62,167 nucleotides of DNA, from IMG/VR virus record IMGVR_UViG_3300042549_002778, positions 1 through 62,167 of that record, one strand, 5' to 3'. This DNA comes from a virus. Lineage: Duplodnaviria > Caudoviricetes. The notes under the pieces are model-generated. The model did not search any database. It was not told where the DNA came from and saw only the letters and a program-made list of their open reading frames with translations. The position numbers were made by a program, and so were the translations under genes. This document shows, piece after piece, positions 42,963 to 51,302 of this stretch (position 1 is the stretch's first letter; each line of letters starts with the position of its first letter).

Positions 42963-43300
42963 AGCTTAACAGTAATACGGAACCCGCAGATGCCGTCTGT
43001 CGGTGCAGCAATCCTGCCGTGAGGTTGGGCGCTGGTGCGGGTAACGAAGTGGCCGACCTACTTCTACGGTCGGGCGCAATGAGGCACCTAATGGCGTGCC
43101 AGTTCCTGTAAGTCGCCTGCATGGCTTATAGGGATCACCGATGGGTTGGGAATCTGTGGGAATGGGGGGTCAATGCCATCCGCCTCCTGCCGCAAGGCTG
43201 AAACCACAATGCAGGGGCGCTGACGGGGCTGGCTCCGAAAGTGCATCAACCCCCGGCAACGGGGGAATTGCGCCTTTAAAACCTCACCAAAAGTGCATCG
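42963..43300 (+). ncRNA. Candidate large structured ncRNA / replication origin
   Basis: At least seven stems, two GCAA tetraloops, G-tract; longest apparent non-coding stretch. Confidence 0.55.
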
Positions 43301-43302
43301 AA

Positions 43303-43866
43303 ATGACCGACGATTGGGACAAACCCACGCCTATCAGGAACACCACGATTGCTGACGTTTTGAAGGACGGAAGCAAGCGGGATTACCTGAACGATGAGTT
43401 CAAGAGACTTGCTGACAGGGGAAGACAGGCAGAACAGGCTGTAGCTCGATACCTTGAGCGTAACGGGTTTGAGGTTCGGTTGCCTGAGAAGAAGATACGT
43501 GAGAACATCGAAGACAGACACAAGTTCACTGATGAGGGCGACTTGTTCTACCGCAAAGTTGGTAGTGAAGGTCACTGGCATAGAGTGGAGGTCAAGAGTC
43601 ACGATTACCGGACGCCGCCGTTTACTTGCATTGCAGACTTCCCGTTTAAGGATGTGATACTTGAGCGGGAACATCGGATGAAAGAATCGTTCCCATATGT
43701 GTATAAGTGGGTGATGGTTTCGAGTGATTTCAGATATGCTGCGGTTACGTCGTTGGAAAGCTGCATATACTGGTATAAAGAAACAAGAAAAAAGAGAAAC
43801 TACGGAACGACTGAGACAGATTGGTATGTTCCTGTCGGTCATACCAAGATCATAAAATTGGGATAG
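43303..43866 (+). CDS. PD-(D/E)xK nuclease-like protein
   Basis: G..AE..V..YL...GF; GDL...VEVKS. Confidence 0.65.
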   Translation: MTDDWDKPTPIRNTTIADVLKDGSKRDYLNDEFKRLADRGRQAEQAVARYLERNGFEVRLPEKKIRENIEDRHKFTDEGDLFYRKVGSEGHWHRVEVKSHDYRTPPFTCIADFPFKDVILEREHRMKESFPYVYKWVMVSSDFRYAAVTSLESCIYWYKETRKKRNYGTTETDWYVPVGHTKIIKLG

Positions 43867-43871
43867 GTCAG

Positions 43872-45359
43872 ATGGAGCTAAGACACTATCAGGCGGAGGC
43901 TATTCGTAACCTTCGCCAAGCCATAGCAAACAAAGAGAAGCCTGTTTTGTCGGCCCCAACGGGATCTGGCAAGACGCTGATTGCTTCGGAGATTTTTTCG
44001 TTGGCGAGGGCCAAGGGGAAGCGGGTTGTATTTGTCGTGCCATTCCTGTCACTGATTAATCAGACATGGAAGGCTTTTGAACGCGCCGGGATTGATGGTC
44101 GGGACATGGGGGTGATTCAGGCATCCCATGAGCTAACCGATTACTCAAAGCCGGTTCAGATTGCGTCGGCGCAGACTGTGGAGCGCAGGACGCTGTTGCC
44201 AAAGGCTGACATTGTGATTTTCGATGAATGCCATATAAAGAGGAAAATATACAGCCGCTGGATGCATGAGTCCCCGGATGTGTATTTTATCGGCCTGTCC
44301 GCCACGCCTTGGGCTGTCGGCATGGATGACATCTGGACGCGGATGATCATTGTTTCGACGCTGAGCGACCTGATTGAGGAAGGCCATTTATCGAATTTCC
44401 GTTACTACGCGCCGGCCCAGCCTGATTTATCCAAGGTCAGGACGCGGTTAGGCGATTATGTCGAAGCGGATCTTGAGAAGGTGATGGGTCAGGCTGACCT
44501 GATTGCTGATATTGTGAATACATGGCGAGAGAAAGCCAACGAGCGCCCGACGTTCTGTTTCTGCGTAAACCGTCGCCATGCCCAAGAGGTTCAGCATCAG
44601 TTTCTCAGGGCCGGAATCCCGGCTGGCTATGTTGATGCCTATACCCCGGTTGAAGAACGGGAGGCGCTGGTTGAGCAGCTTCGGCGGGGTGATCTGAAGG
44701 TTATTTGTAATATCGGGACAATGACCACGGGCGTTGATGCGCCGTTTGTGTCCTGCATTATCTTGGCTAGGCCGACCAAATCAGAGATGCTGTTTATCCA
44801 GATTGTGGGCAGGGGGCTGAGAACAGATCCGACGAAGGATCACTGTCTGATTCTGGATCATTCGAACACGGCGCTTAACTTGGGCCGCCCGGATGAGATC
44901 TTCCACGATCATTTCGTTTCGGGTAAGGCTGCGGAAGCGGGTGATAAGGCCAAGAAGGAAAAGGAAGAGAAAAAGCCGCGCCTTTGTCCGCATTGCAAAT
45001 TTGTGATGCTTCCCAAAGAAAAGGAGTGTCCATCCTGCGGATTTGTGATGCCGCCCCCGCAGAGTGAGATTGAGATCGCAGCCGGGGAGCTTTCGGAGCT
45101 TGGTCGCAACGGAGCCAGAGGCAAGGCTACGAAGGATGAGAAGCAGCGGTTCTTTAGTGGTTTGCTTTGGTATGCCCGTCAGCAAGGGTATAAAGTGGGT
45201 TGGGCAGCGAGGATCTATCGGGAGAAATTTGGCGTCTGGCCGCGAGGGTTGACAGACAAGCCAGACTTCCCTGATAGCGTTGTGTTCAAGTTCATTGAAG
45301 AGCGGAACCGGGCTTGGGTTAAATCCAGAAGAAATTCAATGAATGCGAGTCAAATATGA
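43872..45359 (+). CDS. SF2 DExH helicase with C-terminal Zn finger (RadD/YejH-like)
   Basis: LRHYQ, APTGSGKT, DECH, SATP, TGVD.P, QIVGRGLR, CPHC...CPSC. Confidence 0.92.
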   Translation: MELRHYQAEAIRNLRQAIANKEKPVLSAPTGSGKTLIASEIFSLARAKGKRVVFVVPFLSLINQTWKAFERAGIDGRDMGVIQASHELTDYSKPVQIASAQTVERRTLLPKADIVIFDECHIKRKIYSRWMHESPDVYFIGLSATPWAVGMDDIWTRMIIVSTLSDLIEEGHLSNFRYYAPAQPDLSKVRTRLGDYVEADLEKVMGQADLIADIVNTWREKANERPTFCFCVNRRHAQEVQHQFLRAGIPAGYVDAYTPVEEREALVEQLRRGDLKVICNIGTMTTGVDAPFVSCIILARPTKSEMLFIQIVGRGLRTDPTKDHCLILDHSNTALNLGRPDEIFHDHFVSGKAAEAGDKAKKEKEEKKPRLCPHCKFVMLPKEKECPSCGFVMPPPQSEIEIAAGELSELGRNGARGKATKDEKQRFFSGLLWYARQQGYKVGWAARIYREKFGVWPRGLTDKPDFPDSVVFKFIEERNRAWVKSRRNSMNASQI

Positions 45360-46690
45360 ACTATTACAATGAGTTTGACCCGTATGCCGCTGAATGGCTA
45401 AGGAATTTGATAAAGGCGGGACACATACCGAATGGAGAGGTTGATGTCCGATCAATTGTTGATGTTCAGCCTGATGACCTTAGAGGATTCACCCAATGCC
45501 ACTTCTTTGCAGGAATTGCAGGATGGTCGCACGCGCTCCGATTGGCAGGATGGGATGACGAAAGAGAAATCTGGACGGGTTCGTGCCCCTGCCAACCATT
45601 TAGCGTCGCCGGCAAGGGAAAAGGAACCGCCGACGAGCGGCATCTATGGCCTCACTTTCACAGACTTATTGCCGCCCGCAGACCAAAGGTCGTTGTTGGC
45701 GAACAGGTTAGTGGCAAGGCTGGCTATGGTTGGCTCGACGGAGTCCGACTTGACCTGGAAGGTGAAGGATACGCCTGCGAAGGATTTGATATTCCGGCTT
45801 GCGCCGTCAACGCGCCGCACATCCGGCAGCGATTGTATTGGGTGGCGCACGCCAGCAACTTCAGAACCCGGAGTTTCGCTGGACAGGCTTCGGACAGTGG
45901 ACGGGGAGCCGTGGACATTGGGACAGAGAGCCTACGACATGCAGACGGGACGCGTGGCTCAGGTTGGGCTGACGCACGAAATACTGGCAACATGGTCAAC
46001 CCCGACCGTGCAGGACAGCTCGAACAACGCCGGGCCTTCCCAATATCGCAGGAACAGTCAGGCGCTGAACGTGCAGGCAGCGGGGGGTCGTCCGGCGGGC
46101 AGGGCTTGGGACGAGATTCAGGCGGCAGCGACATGGCCCACCCCGACAGCCAACGACCACAAGGGTTCCGGCCCGACAGTGATACGTCAGGACGGCGTGG
46201 ACAGGACATTTCAGCGTCTGGACTATGCGGTAGAGCAGGGGATGGCGACATGGCCGACACCGGACACAGGACGGGACGAGACTGTGGAGAGCTTCGACGC
46301 CAGAGTGCAACGCATGAAGATGCGACACCCAAAAAAATCAGGGATGGGGTCGAATGGTCCGCTTCATATAGTGGCGCAGAGGATGACATGGCCGACGCCA
46401 CAGGCGAACAAGAACACCAAGAACAGCAAAGACCCCCAGCGGATGAAGGAGAATGGCGTCCAGACGGCGTTGGCGGATGCGGCATGGATTACAGACAAGC
46501 CGGCCCATGGGACGACGCCGAATGGCTCACAGGAGCCGACGGAAAAACGCGGCGCGCTAAACCCGGAGTTCGTCTCCTGGCTCATGGGGTTCCCGCCAGA
46601 GTGGGACGCCTGCGCGCCTACGGCAACGCCATCGTCCCGCCGCTCGCGGCAGAAGTCATAAAATCTTTCATGGGGACCGCAAATGGCTAG
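45356..46690 (+). CDS. C5-cytosine DNA methyltransferase, alpha chain
   Basis: FFAGIAG (I), PCQPFS (IV), EQV (VI), HIRQRLY (VIII), YGNAIV (X); low-complexity middle. Confidence 0.9.
   Translation: MNYYNEFDPYAAEWLRNLIKAGHIPNGEVDVRSIVDVQPDDLRGFTQCHFFAGIAGWSHALRLAGWDDEREIWTGSCPCQPFSVAGKGKGTADERHLWPHFHRLIAARRPKVVVGEQVSGKAGYGWLDGVRLDLEGEGYACEGFDIPACAVNAPHIRQRLYWVAHASNFRTRSFAGQASDSGRGAVDIGTESLRHADGTRGSGWADARNTGNMVNPDRAGQLEQRRAFPISQEQSGAERAGSGGSSGGQGLGRDSGGSDMAHPDSQRPQGFRPDSDTSGRRGQDISASGLCGRAGDGDMADTGHRTGRDCGELRRQSATHEDATPKKIRDGVEWSASYSGAEDDMADATGEQEHQEQQRPPADEGEWRPDGVGGCGMDYRQAGPWDDAEWLTGADGKTRRAKPGVRLLAHGVPARVGRLRAYGNAIVPPLAAEVIKSFMGTANG
45444..46661 (+). CDS. C5 MTase beta chain in the +1 frame (five W-x-T-P repeats plus motif IX)
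   Basis: RBS GGAGAGG before ATG 45444; LNPEFVSWLMGFP.EW resembles motif IX. Confidence 0.75.
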   Translation: MSDQLLMFSLMTLEDSPNATSLQELQDGRTRSDWQDGMTKEKSGRVRAPANHLASPAREKEPPTSGIYGLTFTDLLPPADQRSLLANRLVARLAMVGSTESDLTWKVKDTPAKDLIFRLAPSTRRTSGSDCIGWRTPATSEPGVSLDRLRTVDGEPWTLGQRAYDMQTGRVAQVGLTHEILATWSTPTVQDSSNNAGPSQYRRNSQALNVQAAGGRPAGRAWDEIQAAATWPTPTANDHKGSGPTVIRQDGVDRTFQRLDYAVEQGMATWPTPDTGRDETVESFDARVQRMKMRHPKKSGMGSNGPLHIVAQRMTWPTPQANKNTKNSKDPQRMKENGVQTALADAAWITDKPAHGTTPNGSQEPTEKRGALNPEFVSWLMGFPPEWDACAPTATPSSRRSRQKS

Positions 46691-47213
46691 GGCTGGCAGA
46701 AAGCGCAAGGTTGGTGAGAGATACCCCGCTGGCCAGATACGCCCGCAGGATGATGGCCCATCGCCGGCTATTGTGAAGCGTCTCCGCAGTGCTGCGATTT
46801 TGGGCATGGCTGATCCACATTGGGGATCTGTCGCTGGCCTTTGGTATTTGCAGAAGGTGATAGACGATTCAGAGTATGAAGCGGCCAAGCGGTTCGGGGA
46901 TCTGCACGCGCAATATATTGGCGTGATCGGTGGCCCTAGACCGCCCAAAACATCAACTGGCGAGCGGATGAGCAAGTCCCAGAATGTGGATGTAGACACG
47001 CATCAGGGCGATCTGGAAGCCCAGCGGCATATAGCCGTGATGACCAAATACAATGATGTCCATACGTCCCTGTTGATGCTCAATCCTCTGACGGAGGCGG
47101 AACTGATAAGGTTCTGCGCCATGCCGGGAGAGACGCCAACCGGGCATGAGGGAATTATCAGAATCCGTGCTGGATTGCGGGCTTTGGCTGATTTGTGGAA
47201 GATCAGCAAATAA
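46683..47213 (+). CDS. Hypothetical, possibly regulatory, protein
   Basis: AGRKRK N-terminus; helical C-terminus RAGL.ALA.LW. Confidence 0.65.
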   Translation: MARAGRKRKVGERYPAGQIRPQDDGPSPAIVKRLRSAAILGMADPHWGSVAGLWYLQKVIDDSEYEAAKRFGDLHAQYIGVIGGPRPPKTSTGERMSKSQNVDVDTHQGDLEAQRHIAVMTKYNDVHTSLLMLNPLTEAELIRFCAMPGETPTGHEGIIRIRAGLRALADLWKISK

Positions 47214-47240
47214 AAAAATGCCCCGCGTCCGGGGCAGTCT
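47212..47240. terminator. Hairpin terminator between convergent units
   Basis: aaaaaaa-tgcccc gcgtcc ggggca; U-tract on the minus strand. Confidence 0.55.
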
Positions 47241-47376
47241 CAGGGAGGAAACTTAAAATACTTTCAAAAACCAATCTCGTCAATCTTGATTTATGATTTA
47301 AGTGAATGTAAAAAGATGAAGAACCATTCGGTTCTCCTTTTCAAACTTTCTTCGGGCAGGCCCCTGTCCTGAAGAG

Positions 47377-47419
47377 CGCCCCGCCAGCGTAGCTCCATTC
47401 CGCTGGTGGGGCCTTTTTC
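47377..47419 (+). terminator. Long hairpin with U-tract
   Basis: gccccgccagcg...cgctggtggggc followed by cttttt. Confidence 0.55.
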
Positions 47420-47621
47420 ATTTACGATATTTTTCGTATACAGCTTTCGCCTTGGCAAAGTGACCAAGGGTCTCAGACTCAATATCAGCCTCCGCAAACG
47501 GCTTGATTGCATCCAGCAGTTCATCAAACTTAATCTCTAGCTTGGCTATTTGCCAACGTAGTTCTGTTTCTGCCGGGTTGTTTTTCTTGACGCTGGTCAC
47601 GTCATAGATCGTCCGTTTCAT
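47418..47621 (-). CDS. Hypothetical protein
   Basis: Leftward mini-operon. Confidence 0.6.
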   Translation of the reverse strand: MKRTIYDVTSVKKNNPAETELRWQIAKLEIKFDELLDAIKPFAEADIESETLGHFAKAKAVYEKYRK

Positions 47622-47628
47622 GTTTTGG

Positions 47629-47829
47629 CTACTCTTGAATAGTCTGCTGGTTTTTCAAAAAGCGTATTTTTTTATGGAGCAATTCAATCGTCTCTTTCTG
47701 TTGGCGCAAACCCATAGCCGCGCCAAGCATAAGAGCTTGAGCTAGTTCGAGCTTATATTCCTGATCGACTTTATATGTTTCAAGCTGCTTGATCAGGGCT
47801 GGGATTTCAATTTTTGGATCATTCGTCAT
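47629..47829 (-). CDS. Hypothetical protein
   Basis: Leftward mini-operon. Confidence 0.6.
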   Translation of the reverse strand: MTNDPKIEIPALIKQLETYKVDQEYKLELAQALMLGAAMGLRQQKETIELLHKKIRFLKNQQTIQE

Positions 47830-48019
47830 CGGTATCGTCAGAAGGTTTGCCGTTTTTCAGAGCATCAACAATCCGCTCTGTCTGTTCATCAAGGCTTTCA
47901 AAGCCATTTGCCTGTCCGTAGATGTCTCGCAGGCCGGACAATTCATCGCGGATAAACATGAGTTCCGCACCGATATCTTTCAGGGCATCAAGTAAGGCTT
48001 CAAACTGATTATCATTCAT
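47819..48019 (-). CDS. Hypothetical protein
   Basis: Start MNDNQF with GAATGGAG RBS. Confidence 0.6.
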   Translation of the reverse strand: MNDNQFEALLDALKDIGAELMFIRDELSGLRDIYGQANGFESLDEQTERIVDALKNGKPSDDTDDE

Positions 48020-48109
48020 GTTCTTTCTCCATTCCGGGTTCCCCGGCGCTACGCTACCAACGCTGTCGGCATTCCGGTTTTTAGCCCGCGCGAGCCTCAA
48101 CCTTCTCAG

Positions 48110-48190
48110 GGAATGCGTCAAGATACTTTTTTTTGAAAATTTGTCAAATTTCTGTTGATTTGTATTCTACAAAATGTAAGATAGCTATAT
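48110..48190. promoter_or_regulatory. AT-rich divergent early promoter region
   Basis: TTGATT-16-TAAGAT (48155-48182); TTGACA/TTGACG on the minus strand; tttgta-ttc-tacaaa palindrome. Confidence 0.55.
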
Positions 48191-48209
48191 TGACGAATGG
48201 AGCAGTCAA

Positions 48210-48362
48210 ATGATCAAGGTTCGCAAAAACGCAAAAGTGAAGATTTGGAATGTCTATGCCTCGAATGGAGAAAGCCTTGGGCAGTATTCCTTCTACGTTG
48301 CTGAAGTGAAGGCTTACTTCCCCGGCTGCACAATTCAAAAGCAGAACGTCTATCTTCCGTAA
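48210..48362 (+). CDS. Small early protein (50 aa, not in track)
   Basis: GAATGGAG RBS; MIKVRKNAKVKIWNVYASNGESLG... Confidence 0.65.
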   Translation: MIKVRKNAKVKIWNVYASNGESLGQYSFYVAEVKAYFPGCTIQKQNVYLP

Positions 48363-48413
48363 GTCGAAACGGGCTTCAGCCCGTCTGTCGGTAAGGCCGG
48401 CACTGATGAGACT
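48362..48413 (+). ncRNA. Type II hammerhead ribozyme
   Basis: agtc-GAAA-cgggc ttca gcccg-UC^-tgtcggt aag gccggca-CUGAUGA-gact. Confidence 0.85.
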
Positions 48414-48435
48414 AAGCAACCAAGGAGATTATGAA

Positions 48436-48771
48436 ATGAAAACATTCACGATTCAGACTGCTCACTCGACCAAGAAATCGGCCGAAGCTTCTATCGTTAT
48501 GGGATACGCCGACGGAACCTACGCGCCGGACTTCCCGCCCTACATCGTTTGTGATGGTGAAGGCAACTTTCTGGTTGTGACTGCCGTCGTAAATTACCGT
48601 AACAGTCTAATCTATTACGACGCTGACACCTATCGTTATTGGTGGGAAGACGCCGTTACGGGAGTCGTCGGTGGCGAAAATTTCGACACGTTCGAGGAAG
48701 CGAAAGCAGACATTCGGGGTGATGGCCAGCAACGCGAAAAATTTAATCGCGGGCCGTATGCTTATCTGTAA
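48436..48771 (+). CDS. Hypothetical early protein
   Basis: RBS AGGAG; start MKTF. Confidence 0.65.
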   Translation: MKTFTIQTAHSTKKSAEASIVMGYADGTYAPDFPPYIVCDGEGNFLVVTAVVNYRNSLIYYDADTYRYWWEDAVTGVVGGENFDTFEEAKADIRGDGQQREKFNRGPYAYL

Positions 48772-48825
48772 GGACGAAACGGGACGCTAGTCCCGCCCGC
48801 CGGTAAAGCCGGTATTGATGAGACT
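48772..48825 (+). ncRNA. Variant/degenerate type II hammerhead
   Basis: GAAA-cgggac gcta gtcccg-CC-cgccggtaaagccggta-UUGAUGA-gact. Confidence 0.6.
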
Positions 48826-48840
48826 GAATGGAGAGCAGTT

Positions 48841-49107
48841 ATGAAATCTGAGCTTGCTGATCTTTATGCTGCGGCTAAAATTGAGGTTGAGGCTGCACAG
48901 GCTGCGTTGGACGCAATCAAGGCGCAGATCATTGCGACCGGATGCGATGTCATTGAGGGCGATGACTTTCGCGTGAATGTCGGACTTCAGGAGAGAACAA
49001 CAATATCCGCGAAAGAGGCGGAAAAGGTTTTGCCGACTGATCTGTATCAGTCGCTGGCAAAGACCACGATGTTTCCGGCTGTCAGATATAAAGCAATACG
49101 AGCGTAA
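48841..49107 (+). CDS. Hypothetical early protein
   Basis: GAATGGAG RBS. Confidence 0.7.
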   Translation: MKSELADLYAAAKIEVEAAQAALDAIKAQIIATGCDVIEGDDFRVNVGLQERTTISAKEAEKVLPTDLYQSLAKTTMFPAVRYKAIRA

Positions 49108-49120
49108 AGGAGAATCTGAT

Positions 49121-49603
49121 ATGATATTGCCTGCCCAGAGAATACGGTTCTTGTGTTCTGGCGCATTTGGTCAGAGGCCAATGATGCATCCATTCCATGA
49201 GCGCACTGTTGCCAATGGGATGACATTTGGCCTTGGCCCCGCTGGCTATGATGTCAGAATCAAACAGAGCCTGATGTTGGAGTGTGGTGATTTTGTTCTG
49301 GCGTCTACTGTTGAGCGGTTCGCCATGCCAAACGACGTGCTGGCCAAGGTTGCCGATAAATCGACGTGGGCGAGGCGCGGTCTGGCAGTGCAAAATACCA
49401 TTATCGAGCCCGGTTGGAGCGGATGGTTGACATTAGAGCTTACAAACCATGGAAAGACCCCGATCAAGATAGAGGCTGGCTCTCCGATCGCGCAGATCAT
49501 CTTTCACCAACTGCTGGAGCCGACGGAGACTCCGTATCGGGGGAAATACGATCATCAGGCCGATCAGCCGGTCGGGGCAATTATGGAGGCAGAAAATGAT
49601 TAA
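49121..49603 (+). CDS. dcd: dCTP deaminase / dUTPase family
   Basis: PAGYDVR, KSTWARRGL, IEPGWSG.LTLEL.N, IAQIIF, YRGKY..Q. Confidence 0.9.
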   Translation: MILPAQRIRFLCSGAFGQRPMMHPFHERTVANGMTFGLGPAGYDVRIKQSLMLECGDFVLASTVERFAMPNDVLAKVADKSTWARRGLAVQNTIIEPGWSGWLTLELTNHGKTPIKIEAGSPIAQIIFHQLLEPTETPYRGKYDHQADQPVGAIMEAEND

Positions 49604-49690
49604 AGCAGCCTTGGCCGTGTTCCTGCTTGTCGGCATTTACGTGATGTTTTGGGCATGGGTTAATAAAGATAATGGCGATGGGGGCGTGGG

Positions 49691-49942
49691 ATGACTGACT
49701 ACAGCGAACTGGTGAAGCAGCTTAGGCAGGCGACACATGGTTTCGTGCATCACGAAGCCGCTGATGCACTCGAAGCGCAGGCGAGAGATATTGCGGTTCT
49801 GAGGGCGGTGCTGACAGATTGTGCTGACGCGTTAGAGTCATGGGTAGACTATCTGTATGCGAAAGGCAGCGTACCATACGAGAGAGACCTTGCGGCAGTT
49901 GACGCCGCCCGCGCCGCGCTGAAGGGAGAGAAGAATGGCTGA
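49691..49942 (+). CDS. Hypothetical protein
   Basis: LVKQLR...EAADALE; ARAAL. Confidence 0.65.
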   Translation: MTDYSELVKQLRQATHGFVHHEAADALEAQARDIAVLRAVLTDCADALESWVDYLYAKGSVPYERDLAAVDAARAALKGEKNG

Positions 49943-50150
49943 ATCCTCTGAAAATAGGAAATTACGATACAAATTAATGAAAAAACGGATGGCTGAAGAT
50001 CCTGAATATGCGGCCAATGTTAGAGAAAAACAAAGGTTGGCGGACATTCGTTGTCAGGCAAAGAAAAAGCAGGCTGAGGATCAGGCCAACAAATTAAAGA
50101 GGGGCAAACCCGGTAGGCTGGTAGCTATGTGCGGCTGGCTTGGGTTTTGA
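49935..50150 (+). CDS. Basic hypothetical protein
   Basis: Operon position. Confidence 0.6.
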   Translation: MAESSENRKLRYKLMKKRMAEDPEYAANVREKQRLADIRCQAKKKQAEDQANKLKRGKPGRLVAMCGWLGF

Positions 50151-50171
50151 CACAGGCTGAATGGAGCGGAC

Positions 50172-50927
50172 ATGACGAAGGATTATCTTGTTGAAATAAA
50201 AGTAAAAAACAATCTTTTGTATAAAAAGATCAAGGATGCTGGTTATGTCAACATGGTTGATTTTGCCAAGAAAAATAGCCTGTGTTATCAGACGCTTATG
50301 AGTTATCTTAATTTTTATCGCGCCCCGATTGACGCAAAAACTGGCAATTGGAAAAGAACATTCTTGTTAATATCGGATGCTCTTCGCTGTATGCCGGGAG
50401 ACATTTGCCCGCCGCAACATCTTAATAATGTCCTGAAGATCAATAAGGCCAAGATGGAAGCTGGTGCAGAAGAGATAGCCGGATATATTACTGGTAATGC
50501 AGACACGGCTAATCTTGCATTGAATCACATAATCCAGCGGGAGAATGATGCTCTGATACAGGACGCCATCGCCAAGCTAACTGACAGGGAGCAAGATGTT
50601 ATCCGACGCAGATACGGATTTGATGGCGATCTGCAAACATATGATGAAATTGGAAAATCGTATGGAGTCACCAAAGAGCGGATAAGGCAAATTGAAGCCA
50701 AGGCTTTGCGGAGAATGAGGGGCCTCTCGATTACCAAGGAAATCGGCAAGATTGCTGACGAGATGGGCTTACGTCACGGTTACACCCCGCCCCGGCATTA
50801 TATCCCCGAATGGAAGGTCAAAGAGGCTGCTAAAAAGCCGGTAAGGGAAGAGCAGAAGCCAAAGACCCCTGATCGAAAGAGCAATTTTGTGTTATTGGAT
50901 GAGGATAATCCCTTCCTGAACCATTGA
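50172..50927 (+). CDS. Sigma-70 region 4 domain transcription factor
   Basis: LTDREQDVIRRRYG.....TYDEIG....VTKERIRQIE.KALRRMR. Confidence 0.85.
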   Translation: MTKDYLVEIKVKNNLLYKKIKDAGYVNMVDFAKKNSLCYQTLMSYLNFYRAPIDAKTGNWKRTFLLISDALRCMPGDICPPQHLNNVLKINKAKMEAGAEEIAGYITGNADTANLALNHIIQRENDALIQDAIAKLTDREQDVIRRRYGFDGDLQTYDEIGKSYGVTKERIRQIEAKALRRMRGLSITKEIGKIADEMGLRHGYTPPRHYIPEWKVKEAAKKPVREEQKPKTPDRKSNFVLLDEDNPFLNH

Positions 50928-50938
50928 CGGATTCCTAA

Positions 50939-51211
50939 ATGACTGATATAAAAAGCATATTGGCTGAAAGAGGCAAAACCCACGGCGATTATGCTCGCCA
51001 TGCCGCGACAACGCAGTGCCTAAAATCAGTTATGCGCAATACCCAGAATTGGGGAGACCTGAATCCTTCTCAGGTAGAGGCTCTGGAGATGATCGCCCAT
51101 AAGATCGGTCGCATCCTGAACGGAGATCCCAGCCACATAGACCATTGGGACGATATCTCCGGTTATGCCACATTGGTTGCCGATCAGTTGAGGAAGCATC
51201 AAACAAGCTAA
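50939..51211 (+). CDS. DUF6378-like phage protein
   Basis: IL.ERG..HGD...KI.RI..GD....DHW.DI.GYA.L. Confidence 0.75.
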   Translation: MTDIKSILAERGKTHGDYARHAATTQCLKSVMRNTQNWGDLNPSQVEALEMIAHKIGRILNGDPSHIDHWDDISGYATLVADQLRKHQTS

Positions 51212-51302
51212 AGCATGGCCATGAATGGGGGGCTAGTAAACATCCCTGAAACAGTGTATTTAGGTAATTAATGTTGACATACTAACAGAAGATCATCATC
51301 CA

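Noticed and set aside
42963-43300. tRNA or tmRNA
   Set aside because: No T-loop GTTCRA or acceptor-stem/CCA arrangement seen
43141-43302. N-terminal extension of the nuclease ORF
   Set aside because: Unprotein-like and overlaps GNRA hairpins; ATG 43303 preferred, though its RBS is weak
45724-46485. Third, antisense 253-aa ORF in the MTase
   Set aside because: Ser/Pro-rich with no motifs; likely a by-product of GC-rich dual-coding constraints
43303-46690. Restriction-modification operon (nuclease, helicase, MTase)
   Set aside because: The helicase is the RadD-like phage type, not Res/HsdR; orphan MTases are common in phages; no evidence of a cognate pair
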